Assembly: GCA_051362555.1 (NCBI GenBank)
Contig: CM120649.1
Span: forward strand, 12,028,001 to 12,092,000
Reading direction: 5' to 3'
From: Lingula anatina
Taxonomy: Eukaryota > Animalia > Brachiopoda
DNA length: 64,000 nucleotides
Position numbers and translations under genes: made by a program. Shown in pieces: positions 1 through 14,554 of the stretch; within the stretch, counting starts at the first letter, position 1; the number at the start of each line of letters is the position of its first letter. The notes beneath the pieces were generated by a model. It had not been told where the DNA came from. It searched no databases and saw nothing but the letters and a program-made list of their open reading frames with translations.

Positions 1-357
1 GTAGAAGATGAAATGCATTTTTTACTTTGATGCCCCTTGTACGATGAATTCAGATTGAAATATTTTAGAACTGAATGGACATCCCGCTTTCCAAATAAAT
101 ATTTGTTTACAACTATAATGTCTGACGAGAACGAAGAGAGTATTTTTGTCACTGGCTAGTTTTTATTGAATGCCTTTACTCTAAGAAGTGAAATTGTAGA
201 TAACAATGTTAACCTTCCAGATATGTAAATGAAATACTTGTATATGTATGGTGTATTCATAATTTATTTCTGTATGTAAAGCCTTGATTGTATATGTCTT
301 CTGTGTCTATACAGATTGTAATGTATTAAACTAAAAAGAATAAATCATCATCATCAT
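1..357 (+). mobile_element. 3' end of a decayed non-LTR retrotransposon (CR1/L2-group-like LINE)
   Basis: Frame 1 reads VEDEMHFLL*CPLYDEFRLKYF, the ExxxHxLxxCxxY end of the post-RT Cys/His domain, with an in-frame stop. It is followed by an AT-rich 3'UTR ending AATAAA-(TCA)n at ~338-357. Confidence 0.7.
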
Positions 358-960
358 TGAACTTGAATACGAAGTAATACACCAGCAATCTGTGACCTTG
401 AGATTGACCTTTGACCTACTTTTTATGATGAACTGCTTTTTGCATGTTTTCTGGCCTTTAAATCTGCAAAATTGGCAAAGAAATGCCCATGGTTGCTATT
501 GAACTTGAATAGAAATTCATATACTATGATATTGAAATTGACCTTTAACCTACTTTTTCACCATGAACTGAGCTTTGCATATTTTCTTGCCTCTCACATC
601 TTCAAAACTAGCAGAGATGTGCCCGTTGTTGCCCCTAGGTTTTCTCTTTTGTCAGCATATATGCACTACTGACAACACATTTCAAGGAAAACCAATAGGC
701 CTTTTGTCTAGAGAATCACAGGAGTGATCAAGGGTAGGAAAATGCAAGTCAATTCGAAAATCTGCTTGATTGTACCATTTTTAGTTATATTTTTTTGCAT
801 ATTTTGAGAAATCTTGTTGATTGCATTTTATAGAGCTTGTCAAGCACAAGACTGGTGATGGTGTCCCTTTTTGGAGGGGGGGGGGGTCCATACGAATGCG
901 CTTACTCCAGCTGGTGGTACAATATCCGGAGGCGGCATCGCCTCTGTGATCCTTTAGTTT
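357..960 (+). mobile_element. Partial Helentron/HINE-like non-autonomous element (family A), 3' part
   Basis: Same gtgaccttga...tgacctttgacc tandem units and same 3' end (ccagctggtggtac followed by the hairpin ggaggcggcatcgcctct and a T-run) as 11272-12650. Confidence 0.6.
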
Positions 961-1207
961 ATTTTATTATTATCTTTTAGTTTTGGAGCACCATGAACCC
1001 CCAGCCATATTGGCAAGATTTAATGCATTGCTCAATATCAACAGAGCTGCAGTATTAGAGTGCCCAGAGCTGAGAATCCCATGGCTTCTTGGTTCATATA
1101 AAAAGAGTTTTCCAGGTAATGTGGATAAAGTTTACCTCTGCAGTGTTTTATTTACAATTTGGAACTAGAGAGTCAGATGACTCACTGACACTACAGAATA
1201 CGAGTCA

Positions 1208-1940
1208 TTTTTATGTACAGACACAGATGTGTCTGTACAAATTGCCATCACGTGCGTCTGTCATCGCCGTCCATGTCGCTGTCGCAGTTGCCGTCGCCCT
1301 GCACTTTCAGCATTAACACCATAAGTGGAAGACAGTTTTACTTTTTGGTTTTATATTTACAGAGCTGATGAATATTCATAAAATGCAGTTCAAGTTCGGA
1401 AATCAGCATGATCGGGCCATTATTGTGGAAGTTATGCTGTTTTTTCACTTTTCAGCATATATGCAACACTGTTAACACATTTCAAGGAAAACTGATAGGC
1501 CTGTTGTCATGAAACTCAGGAGTAATCAATCTTACTAAAACGCAGATCAAGTTGGAAAATCAGCATGATCGGGCCATTATTGTAGAAGTTATGCTGTTTT
1601 TTCACTTTTCAGCATATATGCAACACTGTTAACACATTTCAAGGAAAACTGATAGGCCTGTTGTCATGAAACTCAGGAGTAATCAATCTTACTAAAACGC
1701 AGATCAAGTTGGAAAATCAGCATGATCGGGCCACCATTTTAGTAGTTATGCTGTTTTTTCTTTTTTCAGCATATATGCAACACTGTTAACACATTTCAAG
1801 GAAAACAGATAGGCCTGTTGTCATGAAACTCACAAGAGTTATCAATCTTACTAAAACGCAGATCAAGTTCGAAAATCAGCATAATAGGGCCATTATTTTA
1901 TAAGTTATGCTGTTTTTTTACATTTCCTCAGATTCAATTA
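1208..1940 (+). repeat. HINE-like element (family B) with ~122-bp internal tandem array
   Basis: Starts tttt-atgtacagacacagatgtgtctgtac (hairpin), then a gtcgcc-like microsatellite, then about 4-5 tandem units containing aaatcagcatgatcgggcc. Copies at 18737-19700 and 25519-25790. Confidence 0.65.
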
Positions 1941-2751
1941 TTAGGCATGTTAACAGTCTCATTATTTAACTAATAAGATACGTAAAAGTGTTTGTTTGAC
2001 ATTGCCTGCATCTTTACAACATTGTTAGATGATTATGTAAAAGTGATGGTAAACTTGTTATCATGTATTGTGTAATAGAGTTTCAAAAATGGAAATAACT
2101 CATATCATTGCAGTTTGTCAGATTCAATCATTCACCATGTTCAGAAACTCAGAATGGAGGAATTTGGACATTAAACACTGTTCTGTTGATATTTTTCCCA
2201 TCTCATCAATTTTCTTAGTTGATCATATAAAAATGGCAGTAAACAGTTAATTTTGTTATATGTTTAAAAATTGTTAAAAATGAAAAAAAAAACACATTTC
2301 AGAACAGTGCTGTCTTGTTTACATTTTGGCATTTTCAAGGTGTGACTTTGAAGTTCCATGGGCCTGAAAACCTTTGCTAGTCACATTTCTGAATATCCAA
2401 GATACTTATATTTTATTATTAAAAATTGATGGTTATTATGCTGTTAAACATTATGTAATATTGCATCAAAATTTGAAGAAACCCCTATTTTGGGCACTGC
2501 TCCCATGATGACTATTTAGTATAACCATGCCACTTACTGTTCTCAAACTTGCAGAAAAGAAACATGGGACTAAAATACAGCTTCAGTAGGCAGTGCAGTC
2601 TGTTTGGTAATTCTTTCTGGCAGTTAAACATTTTTTTTTTTTTTTTTGTGAAAATTAAATTTTTCACATATTGGCATTTTCAAGGTGTGACTTTGAAGTT
2701 CCATGGTCTTGAAGACCTTTGCTAGTCACATTTTCTAAATATCTGTGATAG

Positions 2752-3497
2752 CAGTGTATGAAATTCAAGGAAATTACTAGCCAGACCGCCGGGCAGGTAA
2801 CTCTGAAAAGTTACCAGCCCGGCCATGTAGTTACCTGTCCTAGTTATGATAACCCCTAGAGTTAAGAGAGGTATGCTGAGGGGGTCTAGAATGCATTCTT
2901 GGGAGAGTAATTTGGAAATGAAAGGGCAATATCATGCCTTATGCATGGAAATTTAGAAATTGATTGGAATTTCTACTGAATGGTACCTTGTCAGTGTTGG
3001 ATTTAGAGGGGGGTCAGGGGGGTCCTGACGCCCCCCTTTTAATTTCTGTAAAAAAACCTCACCTCTTGAAATAAGACTTTCACTAGTTGAATCATAGTTC
3101 TAAACCATACCAAATGGCACCATTCACCATCTAAAATACCAAAAATTTTCAGGGCCCTCTAGTGGGCGGGGGTAGTCAATTCAGTTTATGTTCACCTTGC
3201 AGGCTGTCTCATTTCTTCTTCAATAATTTATTCATAACTTTTATTCCGATTTCGTGATATCATTTGATCATAATTTTTGCTTTTCTGTATAGCAACAAGT
3301 ATGACCAAATATATTTATTGTTGTCAAATAAATCGATCTCTGTGCTGACAATAAAGAAGAAAGAATTCAGCACGTAGGGTCCCTTTGAATATCGCTTTTA
3401 AGCTTTAAAAAGCGGTCGGGAACGGTCCTGCACGCTAATGGCCCATAGACAGTCCTGCAGGGCCCCGTATCTCGAAAGCATTGCTTATTGAGAATAG

Positions 3498-3543
<46 letters not shown>

Positions 3544-6500
3544 GGTAAAGTGCCATGAATTTCGAACGGCTCTTGAATTTCGAACGATCTTAAAATCGGC
3601 AGTCTGGAGTTTTTTCTGGACCATGAATTTCGGCCAGTAAGCAATTTTGCGCGATCTTGATTTCGTGAATTTCGTACACCTTAAAATCGGCCACCGGGCT
3701 ATTCACGCGCTTATAAAGATCTAACAGTCGGCAATGTTGCCCTAGCGTACCTTTACCTGAGTACTACGTGTGCGGCCCAAGGTGCAAGATTACGATCGGT
3801 ACAGTTAGTTTAGGACGCTAAACCACATCGTCATATCCATTCATTCAGATAACAGGAGAATCTATTAAGAGTTGTACTGTCGGGCTGTTGTTTCTTTACC
3901 GCAGTATCCGGTGTGAGATAGCGATCGGTAGTTTTGCTGAGGCGCACAATAGCATTGTTAACAGTAGAGACTTCAGTAACAGAACAAAAGAGCAATATTA
4001 AGAGCTGCAATAAAGATTACCATTATTGCTTTCTTGTCTCGCTCAGATCGTTCACGATCTCCCGCCGACGATCTTCCGCTAATGAAGTCACTTGAAATGT
4101 ACAAATGAAATGAAAAATATTTTTAAAAATTATAAATTCCAATGGGGAGGGATGGAGGGTTAAAAACAATCGAGAACGATCTCCGGCTGACGATCTTCCG
4201 CAAACGAAAGCCACTGAACGAGTATGAGCTTTCTCGTTTCACTCGGATTGCGACGCTGACGATACGAAAATTGCGTTCTCGTCTCGCCATTTGGCTTACG
4301 AAGTCTCTTTAATAAATATGAAAATCGCCTCCTGGTCTCTCTCGGATTGCGAACGATCTCTCGCTGAAAGTTTGAAATTTTCCTTTTTGTCAATCAGCTT
4401 TGTCAGTTGCCGTGCGTATGAATGTCTGGAAGGTGTCCCCTTTCACAAATTGGCCTGTAGTTTGCTTAGTGTTTTGTACCGCATGAAGGTCACTCTTGTC
4501 ACTGCTGCATACGGCGTGGAATGTGTATCTTAAAGTTCATAGAAACATTTTATTGTGTTTTGTAAGCTTTAGGAAGTAGTTTCGTCGTGACTGGATATCA
4601 GCGTACACTACAAAGTAGTACCATTCATCTGTGACGCATCATAAAAGCTAGGTATGTCAAATTACTCTAAGAAAATGTCTTACAACGTCCACGGCTGTCC
4701 CGACAAGCCAAGACGTCATTAAAAAAAAGTCGCAAGCCGTCTAGCCGTCTTTGAAAATATACATGTAGGCCGTCCGGTGTCGTGATGTCAGCGGCCGTCC
4801 AAATGACGGCTGGACGGTTCGCTGGGAAAACCCTTGCTCATAAGGGTATATTTATTTAACTAGGGGCTTACTGTACTGACATCACCCAGCTTACATGCGG
4901 GTGCATGCCTCCCAAAATTATATTAAAGGATAAAATTGTAATATATCTAAGTTTAATTGTTTGTAAATTTTGTAAAAATTGCCCATGCCACCCAGTTAGT
5001 TTGGAGGGTTAAGCTGGATCAAGTCCGTGTCAAATTCTTTGAAACTTTGCAGGAAAAATCAATCTTCCTTTGTTTCTCTGGCTCCTTGTTTAGCCCGATG
5101 ATCAGATTTATCTAGTGCCCCCAGGTCTGCTGGAGCAGCTCTTTGAAAATAACACACAGGTAGATTTTTATCTGAGATAAATATCGCGTTCGATACACTC
5201 AAGACAAAAGCTACCTGTGAGCTGAAGGGCACTTTACCCTCTAATTAAGAGGTAAAGCAAGTTCCAGCTAGATGGACGATTAAGATTGGACTTCAGATGG
5301 TAAGGGGTATTGTTTACCTCAGTTCTATGAAAGCAAACGAGAAGGGTGTCAGACGATGGTGCATATATAAATTATACAGAGAATTTGTACATTCAGGTGA
5401 CGTTAACTTATAATCGAAGGGGATTTTCGATAATATTCCTTGAAAAGTACACTAGATTTATAGAGAATAATATCATGGTTTGCCAAAAAATTATATACGC
5501 ACAGTGTATCCGTGCGTATGCCTGGTTACGCCCCTGTCGCAAACCAGCAAACCATATCCTGCTGACTACATGAAAATTGCCTTCTAGCATGGACAAAAAG
5601 TCCAAGCTTCTATGCTTGCTCGGATCGCTGACGATCTCTTGCTGACGAATATAGTAACGAAGTCCCTTGAACTAGTGTGGAAATTGGCTTATTGTCGCGC
5701 TCAGATCGCTCACTATCTCCCATTGACGATCTTCCAGTCCCTTGAACGAATATAAAAACTGCCTTTTCGGTTTACTCTAGATTACCTATCTCTCGCGTTT
5801 GTTTGAAGATGTTTCATTGACAAAACGTACACGCTTTTCAAATGCGTACGTTGACGCAACTATGCGCCAGGAAATCAGTTGCTGCTGCTGGTTAAGATTG
5901 GGTTGTCTGAGCGGAAAAAAAAAACGGCCCTGCATCCCCCCCCCCCCCCAAAACCTAGTATATTTGATCGCAGACAACAATCAGCGGTCATCTTGGTCGC
6001 AGCTAGCGCACGACGGAGAGAGACCGTAATACACAATTCGGCTGCCGCATGTACCGATCTGCGGTCGTAGTGGCCTCCCCGCACGGAGGAGAGGCCGTAG
6101 TGCCGAGGCCGGCTTCTGCAGGGAAGGCTACGTATGCGTCGGAGACACCGACCCGCGAACGGCGAGATGAGGACGCATTCGCGCGTAAAGCTCCGCCCGA
6201 CTTTAACGGTAAAGGCAACGAACCTGGTCGCGGAAGACACTTATCGCAGATGAAGGCTACCTGCACGTGCGCCATAGACACTGATCGGCTGTCGTCTCGG
6301 TTTCAGTGCACGGAAAGGAGCAACGGTAACACTAAGCTTCCTTAGTAAAGGTTATCTGGCCGTGGCAGACGCTAATCGTCGACCATCTCTCCCTCCGTTC
6401 TGAGCGCCAGGATCGTTTTTGAAAAACGACACTAGTTTCTGGCTGCCAGAATCGCTTTTGAAAAACGACACTACTGATAACGATGCTGTTTTGCGGCCCT

Positions 6501-7679
6501 AGACAACAGTACCGCTCTATCTATGGGCCATACACAGTGATCGGGTGAAAGTACGTGTATACCTTTGGTCGCAATTACCAGCACTCACACATCATACATT
6601 ATGGTAAATCTAAATAGATCGTCGGGAGAAGATAACAGAAGGCCTAGCGACGAACAGACAACTTCCGGTCAAAATTGACAGAATTCCATGAAATTCGAAC
6701 TTTCAGAAGTTCTGAGCACCTCCATTTCATGAATTTCGGCCAGAACGATCTTTTCCCAAATTTAATTATTTTCTACTGTTCGAAATTCATGGCACATTAC
6801 CGTATATATATATATCACATAGAGGCTACAATATATTATATGGGGCGAGTATGGGCGAGTTATTGGATCGAGATGTTGCCGCTCGACTAATTGCAAATCG
6901 AAGTCACCTTTCCATGGGTCCCAATTTGTTCTCTTTCGTTTGGTTCTGTCGTAATCTTTGTTATTTTTATTTCTTTCCTCAATTGTTTTTCTTTTGTGAA
7001 CTTCTCTATCGGACTTGATAGAATCTTTTCATTTTTGACAGCCCAAGATGAAAGCACGTGGGAAAAGAACTACATCTGACGCACGGCGTAAACTCGTACG
7101 TTCACTCCTAATTTTGGGATTCAAATTTTTTGTAAAATTCTCCTTTAATTTTCCTCCATTGCCTTTATTACAGGTTGATTATAAGCGCTTCATGTACCTA
7201 TAAGTCTATTTAATCAATATCATAACTTTTTATACTTTCACATTTTTATTACTCTCAACCTACAAATTGCTACTCGCGGTATCTCCTCTACACAAAACAA
7301 TGACGTAAGGTTATCTGCTGTCTGCTGTGCACTGAAGCTGGTTTAGAACAATGTGCCTCGTTTCAAATTGTCTTTCAACTTCATATCACACATATGGAAC
7401 TTCGAAAACGAGGCCACTGAGAGGGAGACTGTTGGTTACATTTCGATACGAGCGTTCGCTTGCAAGCTATGGTTAGTTCTTTGCTTCTATGAAAGTGGGT
7501 GAAAACAGTGAGTTTATTTGATATTTTGCTGAAATCTCTTGTGAACATAGACAAAATAAAAGGTGAAAATAAGCTGTAAAAATAGCCAGACCGTCGGGCG
7601 GGTAATTTGCAAATCTTACCCGCCCGACCTGAAAGTTACCAGCCTCGGGCTGGCGGGCAGGTGGCCATTTCATACACTG
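2752..7679. mobile_element. Non-autonomous TIR DNA transposon (hAT/P-like), 4.9 kb
   Basis: TIRs cagtgtatgaaat (2752) and atttcatacactg (ends 7679); direct repeat gtgatag on both sides. The host repeat is uninterrupted in the paralogous copy near 20150-20170. Confidence 0.8.
3543..6802. mobile_element. Non-autonomous Tc1/mariner(pogo)-type element nested in the 2752-7679 element
   Basis: About 25-bp TIR cggtaaagtgccatgaatttcgaac / gttcgaaattcatggcacattaccg, (TA)n on both flanks, subterminal gaatttcg repeats, no transposase ORF. Confidence 0.8.
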
Positions 7680-8334
7680 GTGATAGTAATATTTTATTAT
7701 TAAAAATTGATGGTCATTATGCTGTTAAACATTATGTTATGTTGCATCAAAATCTGAAGAAATCCCTATTTTGGGCACTGCTCCCATGATGACCATTTAA
7801 GGAAAACCATGTCACTTACTGTTCTCAAACTTACAGGAAAGAAACATGGGGCTTAGATAAAGCTTCAGTGGGCAATGCAGTCTGTTTGGTAATTTTTTCT
7901 GGCAGTTAAACTGTTTTTTTTTTTTGTGAAAATTTAATTTTTCACATATTGGCATTTTCAAGGTGTGACTTAAGAACCTTCACCGGCTTGAAGACCCATG
8001 CTAATCACATTTTCTGAAAATCCATGATACGGATTTTTTATTATTAAAAATTGATGGTCATTATGCTGTTAACCATTATGTAATATTGCATTAAAATAGA
8101 AGAAAACACAATTTTCGGTGCTGCTGCCATGATGACCATTATGAGAAAACCATGTTACTTATGATTGTCTAACTTTCAAAAAAGAAACACAGGACTAAAA
8201 TGCAGCCCAAGTTGGAAAAACAGTCTAATTGGCTTCTTTTTCTGGAAGTTATACATTTTAGTGAAATATTCATTTTCATCATGTTGGCATATTCATTGTG
8301 GAACTCGAAGCTCCCATGGACATGAAGCCAAATG

Positions 8335-9250
8335 CAGTGATCATTTTACCTCTGCGTCCCACGTCCCTGACGCACATTTTTTACCTTAGATGCAGAGTTT
8401 TATAGCATATGCGTCCTCATGGACACAAAGATTTTAAATTGTGTGAGATTCGTAAATAACCTGTCCATATGCATCGCTGATCCGTATAAAATGCTAGTCA
8501 TTTAAGTACGTTAATCATGTTCGTTTTCCCGTTGTTGTATTGAATGTTACAATAGCTTCCGTTAGACTTGATGTTAAATGCCAGCTGATTGGCTGTTTAC
8601 GCATCAAATAGCCAATAATATCAATCGTTAGTAATGGCAAAACTGTTCGTCTGCTTTGCACACTCCACTCTACACTTGACCTATTTTTGACTAAAATAGA
8701 TTTTCCGCAGCTTGTTCGTCTGCTCAGCGACCATCCGACCATGCCTCCAAAAAAGCAATTATTAATAGACAGTAGCCAACAGACAATATAGAGTATATTT
8801 AAGGTGAGACAGAGTTAGATAAAACTTTTGAGATAGTAATCGCTGTGACTGCCGTTGAGGCTGAGAGTGAGAGTGATGCGGAGGAATGTTTGACGGAGGC
8901 AAAAACGGAGTCAAAAAGGAAAATCCGTTCCTTCAAACAACACTGGACAAAGCTCTATGCTTGGTTAAGGTATAAAAAATGAGGATGGGACTGATTTCAT
9001 GTATTGTGATGCATGTACATCGGCAAATAAACGTAATGGGATGGTGAAAGATCCGCGGATAGGCCTATATATATGAACTGAAGTAAACTCGTCACTGTCA
9101 TATCGCTTAAATAAAGAAACTTGAAAAAAATAAATGTAACAAATTGTTAGTTTTGTGGTAACCTTTATTGTTCAAAATGACAGGGACCCATTGTTCAATA
9201 TCATGTGCGTCCTGTTGGACTCATAATATTTAAAGGTAAAATGATCACTG
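8335..9250 (+). mobile_element. hAT-type deletion derivative with a remnant of the transposase N-terminal TTF-type zinc finger
   Basis: 17-bp TIR cagtgatcattttacct / aggtaaaatgatcactg. 8911-9040 translates, with a frameshift, to SKRKIRSFKQHWTKLYAWLRY..EDGTDFMYCDAC. Confidence 0.75.
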
Positions 9251-11271
9251 CAATTGGTAATCAAATTTTCTACATGTCCATGCTATTGTCAATAATCAAA
9301 AATAGTCAATAATCAAAAATTGGTGATAATTATTCAGTAATGTAAAATTACAAACATTATAAAAAGAAAACTGCATTACTTATGATTTTTCGGATTGGCA
9401 TGCAGTTCAAATAAGAAAGCCAGCTCAATTGGGTTATCATTTATTATTGAATTTAAGCAGTTTTGTGTGAAATTTTCATTTTTCTCATTCTGGCATTTTC
9501 AAAGTGTGAACTTGAACTCCCATGGGCCTGAAGCCTTACGCTTGTTACACATTTTACTTACATTGGTATTACCTGTTGAGCATAATTAAAATTTGATGTT
9601 GAATTTGCAGTTAAGCATAATGTATTTTTGCATCAGAATTGACAGTAGCCTATTTTGTGCATTGTTATTTCCTGTTTTTTGTCTGTACATTTGACAGCTT
9701 TGCTGCCTTGTTTTTTCTAACAAAAACCGTTTAAACAAAGGATTATTAACATGATTAAACCTAAAGGTAGATATATGAACAAAAATCATCAAGATAAATG
9801 ATAAATTAAAATTGATATGGATAAACTTTGTGTAAAAAAAAAATTGTCAAAAATTATATGGACATAAATGGAATATAGGAGGGAATAAGATTGTCAAACA
9901 CAAAAAAGTAGATAAATGAAGACAAGGAGTTTCAATAAATAATTGCTATGGCAATTACAAATTATATTCCAACCTGGAAAAATTATGTTTTGACTATTAA
10001 ACATAAAAACACAATACAATATCTAGACAAATTTATACACGTAGTGTAACATATTTTAACCATTTAGAGTAATCTCTGTCACCAGTTTGTGGACTAAACT
10101 GTTTTTTAGGTCAAACCATTTTCATTTGGGTCTTAAAACACAATAAAATATTTAAATTGAATTTAAAAACCGTTTTTTGCCTATAGCAGCATTGTACCAG
10201 TAGTGTACTATCGGTGGCAAGTTGATATACTTTTTGGCTACACAACAACGATCGGAAATCAATCGGCAATCCTCGGCTCATTCCGCAAGCTCCATACTAA
10301 CCTCGGATGTGATAGGCGGAGAAATATGCATCAAATCCATGCATTTTGTCCGCCGGAAATGCCTTCTCACTCAATCAATTATTCTGCTCATAAAGATGTC
10401 TGTCAATACCCATGATTTTTATGATGCTTTACAGTTTGCCAAACAATGCACTGAGTTTGACTTTGATTTAAAGGATAAACAGATACAGACGTTGAAAGGA
10501 TTGTGGTCTAAATTAGCACGAGGTTGAAAGTAGTTCCTTCCCAACAAATCAACAATCAATATGGATGCCTCCGTATTACATCCGAGGTCATTGTCGAGTG
10601 CGGAGACATCCGAGTAGTTCCGAGTGATCGGAAATAGGCCTACTAGTAGGTTTTTTATCGGCAAGATTACAACACTTTGGAAAGTAATTAGTTGTGGCTG
10701 TCATACATTAGGGTCAAATGACACACTAAATTATATTTTTTTGCGTCAATTTTAGGATTCATGCGTATTTTACGCATGACGCGGAGGTAAATAAAACACT
10801 GCCTCTGGTGCTTAAGTACATTTTCACATTGGTGTGTATACATAGCTCACAAATTAAAAAAAAAAAAGTGACTTTCACCTACCCAGCTTGTATGATGCGT
10901 CTCAAACCCCCCTGCCTACAGGCCTGAAATTAAAACGATTCTTTTGAGTGGAAGCAACAAAATCAAAAGGCAGGCTATACTGTAGTTCTGTACATGTTCT
11001 ATGCACTAAAGCACCACAGATGCTATATAGAAATTAAATATATGTGTTATAAAAAATTTTATTTTAAACTTTGATAATTTTTGCCCATTGAAAATATTGA
11101 GAAAGTACTCTCATGACTTTTATCAAAATGTAAATCAGTGATTCCCAAACTGAAGTGAAAGGTTTTGAGACTTTTATGTTTACAACACTTGAACAGTAAA
11201 AATGTTCAATCCCATCATTAAAATTTGGGTATGTAAAATTGGTATTTAAGGAAAGGCAACTGAAAGTGATT

Positions 11272-12650
11272 ATTAGTACCACCAGCGTGTACGCTGGCGG
11301 TACTCATGGTTTTAGTCCCGACCCATCTCGTGCGGTTCCGTTGGCTCCGCTGGCTTCGTTGGCTCCACAGGGTATCGTGGGATATAAATCACCATTACCG
11401 CTTTTCCTCCTAGACCACAAGGACCTGTGTCAACATCTCTTGGATTTAGGTGACATAATCTCAACTTGAACACCCTGGGTTCTTTTGTCTCAGTCGGTGT
11501 ATTGGCCTGGGATTGACGCTCATTGAAATGCACCCTTGTCAAAATTTTAAAAAATTCAATGCTAAATATCTCCCAAACGGAAGGAATTATGGGAAAAATT
11601 ACTATAGAAGACTGACAGAAAGTCACACGTGGAATTTCCAAATATGCCCTTAGATTTTACCTTTGACCCTTATTTCAAGGTCAAACGGGCCAAAATTTTC
11701 TACAAATGGGAATTTTCTGCAAGAAGATATTTATTTGTACCAACTTTCAGAAACTACAAAATTAGCAGAGATATGCCCATATTTACTATTGAACTTGAAT
11801 AGGAAGTCATATACTGGTAATCTGTGACCTTGAAATTGACCTTTGACCTACTTTTCATGATGAACTGCACTTTGCAAGTTTTCTGATCTTTAAATCTCCA
11901 AAACAGGCAAAGATATGCCCATAGTTATTATTGAACTTAAATAGGAAGTCATATACTGGCAATCTAACTATGACCCTGAAATTGACCTTTGACCTTATTT
12001 TCACCATGAACTGAACTTTGCAAATTTTCTTTCCCTTATATCTCAAAAACTGGCAGAGATACGCCCAAAGTTACTGTTGAAGCTAAATAGGAAGTAATAC
12101 ACTGGCTATTAAACTGTGACCTGGAAATTAACCTTTGACCTACTTTTTATGATGAACAGCACTTTGCATGTTTTCTGGCCTTTATATCTCCAAAATTGGC
12201 AAAGAAATGCCCATAGGAAGTCATACACTGTGACATTGAAATTTCCCTTTGACTTACTTTTTCACCATGAAGTGAACTTTGCATATTTTCTTGCCCCTCA
12301 TATCTTCAAAACTAGCAGAGATATGCCCTGTGTTGCCCTAAAGTTTTCTCTTTTGTCAGCATATATGCAACACTGAGAATACACTTCAGGAAAAACCAAT
12401 AGACCTATTGTCCAGAAAGTCAGGGGAGTTATCAATGTTAGGAAAATACGGGTCAATTCGAAAATTTGATTGTACCATTTTAATTATATTTTTTTGCATA
12501 TTTTGAGAACTCTTGTTGATTGCATTTTATGGAGCTTGTCAAGCACAAGACTGATGGTGGTGTCCCTTTTTTGGAGGGGTCTCCATACGAATGTGCTTAT
12601 TCCAGCTGGTGGTACAATGTCCGGAAACGGTATTGCCTCTCTGATCCTGA
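11272..12650 (+). mobile_element. Helentron/HINE-like non-autonomous element (family A), near-complete
   Basis: 5' inverted repeat gtaccaccagcgtgtacgctggcggtac; internal ~120-bp tandem units at 11760-12330; 3' subterminal inverted copy cagctggtggtac followed by a short imperfect hairpin. Confidence 0.65.
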
Positions 12651-12970
12651 CATTTTATTTTTTTCTTTCATGTGTGCGATTACAAACTTGTAGTACCTAC
12701 CTACACATGGCAAGGGAAAAATGATGTGAAAAATCTGCTTGTAAGCATTTTGGGAGGTGAAGAGTACATTTCCATGGACAGCACTTCCCCATTTTTGCAT
12801 CACATAGGTAAGTACCCTACACAACTCTTGGTAGACTTAACACTTAAAGTCATAATAACTGTTCATTTTGACCAAAAAAAATTTCCTGGGGTAAACTGCA
12901 ATTTTCCCATACTAACCAATGGTTAATGGCTGTTCCTGCATTCAAAGCTAGCCAAGGGTTTTTCCCTTAA

Positions 12971-14554
12971 GGTAGATCCGTCGTTACATGTTCCAATGTA
13001 CAAATTTTTTTTTTTTTTTTTGTTTGTTTGTTTGAAGAGACACCCAAGTACATTAAAAATTTGCAAAAAAATTGGGGGTCACAGACCAAATAAGAGAACT
13101 ACGCCCAAATATGTTACACCCTGCATATCGCGCTAGTCCCCATTCAAATCAATGGGAAAATGGGTGTTTTTTCACTAAAAGCATTATTTTTCATGATTTT
13201 CTAATGTTCTAATTTAAAAGAAATTTTTTTTTTTATGTAAAGAGGCATCTAAGTACATTTAAATTTTGCAAAAAAAAATTAGGGGTCACTGACCAAATAA
13301 GAGAACTACGCCAAGTTGAAGTGCATTGCACCCTGCGTGATGCACTAGTCCCCATTCAAATCAATGGGAAAATTGGTGTTTTTTCACTAAAAAGCTTTTT
13401 TTTTATGATTTTCTAACGTTCGAATTTTTATTTTTGGTTTGTGTGGAGAGACATCCAAGTACATTTAAAACTTTCATTATTTTAACAGTTGAAGTGAGTA
13501 TACCAGTACTAGCTACATGTATTTTCAGATTTGTCATACTGATGCGAAGGTGTAAGCCATTAACTTCAAAACAGATTTATTGAAGAGTGAAGTATGTCAT
13601 GCATGTGAAAATAGTTTATTGTCGTTGTTATTTATTTATGTAGTGAATATAATATGAATGTGACTTTTTGGCTCCCCCCCCCCCTAAAAAAATGGAAATT
13701 AGCACACAGAAAAATCTCATTAATTTGTATGTACCAGCACCACTCAAAAAGTCAAAAATCCACCAATAGTTTGAAAAATCTCAACAACACAGCCCTTCAA
13801 GAAATCGAGGGAAAGACATGTTTTTTTCCCGGTTTTGCCTGTCATGCCTATCGTAAACACTGTGTTGTCAAGTAAAATGAAGCGTCTGATACAAAGTATC
13901 AAACGCGGCATTCACATGCTTGCTTGCAATGCCTTCAGTGTTTGTTTACACTGACAAGTTGAGGTCAGAAATGCACATTTTTTTCCTGAATAATGTTACC
14001 CAGTTTAAATTTTGATCAGTAAATTTTCTTCAATCTCTATGGTCATTTTCTGAACATTTGTATAAGCTACGAAATAGTTCTCATCAGAAAATCACCCAGC
14101 AGCTTTCCAAGTACAAGTGTGTGACGTCACAATGCACTTCCAGTTTTCGTCGAGCTTTCTACATCAAAATATACGCAACCGCTTTCATTGTAATTTACAA
14201 TACTTATTCTTTACATAATATAGAACCTACGTGCATAATTTGTGAGCTTTAGCTGTCATTCTTTTTCTACAGTGCCCATTCAAAAAGAGCTGTTTTCCGT
14301 CGATTTCTTGAAGGGCAAGTCTATGAATGTTCTACAGTTGTCGTATGGAATCATAGTCGACTCACGGTCGGTGAATGTTGTCGAAAACCTATATGGATTG
14401 TACCGAGTTAAAGACAAGTTGATAATGTTTGTTTATCTTGTAGATAATTGTTTTATTTCCTTAATTTGATAAAACAGACTGAAATGTCTTTAGAGACGAT
14501 TGACGATGCGCTGATATTGCGCAAATCGTCAAATTACGTAATGACCGATCTACC
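12971..14554. mobile_element. Non-autonomous Kolobok-like element (TTAA target)
   Basis: TTAA|ggtagatccgtcgttac ... gtaatgaccgatctacc|TTAA; contains an internal ~205-bp direct duplication at about 13040-13470. Confidence 0.75.

Noticed and set aside
10396-10527. Short peptide (DFDLKDKQIQTLKGL) resembling a RecQ/Academ helicase start
   Set aside because: Too short, no Walker A motif follows, and the element ends could not be defined.
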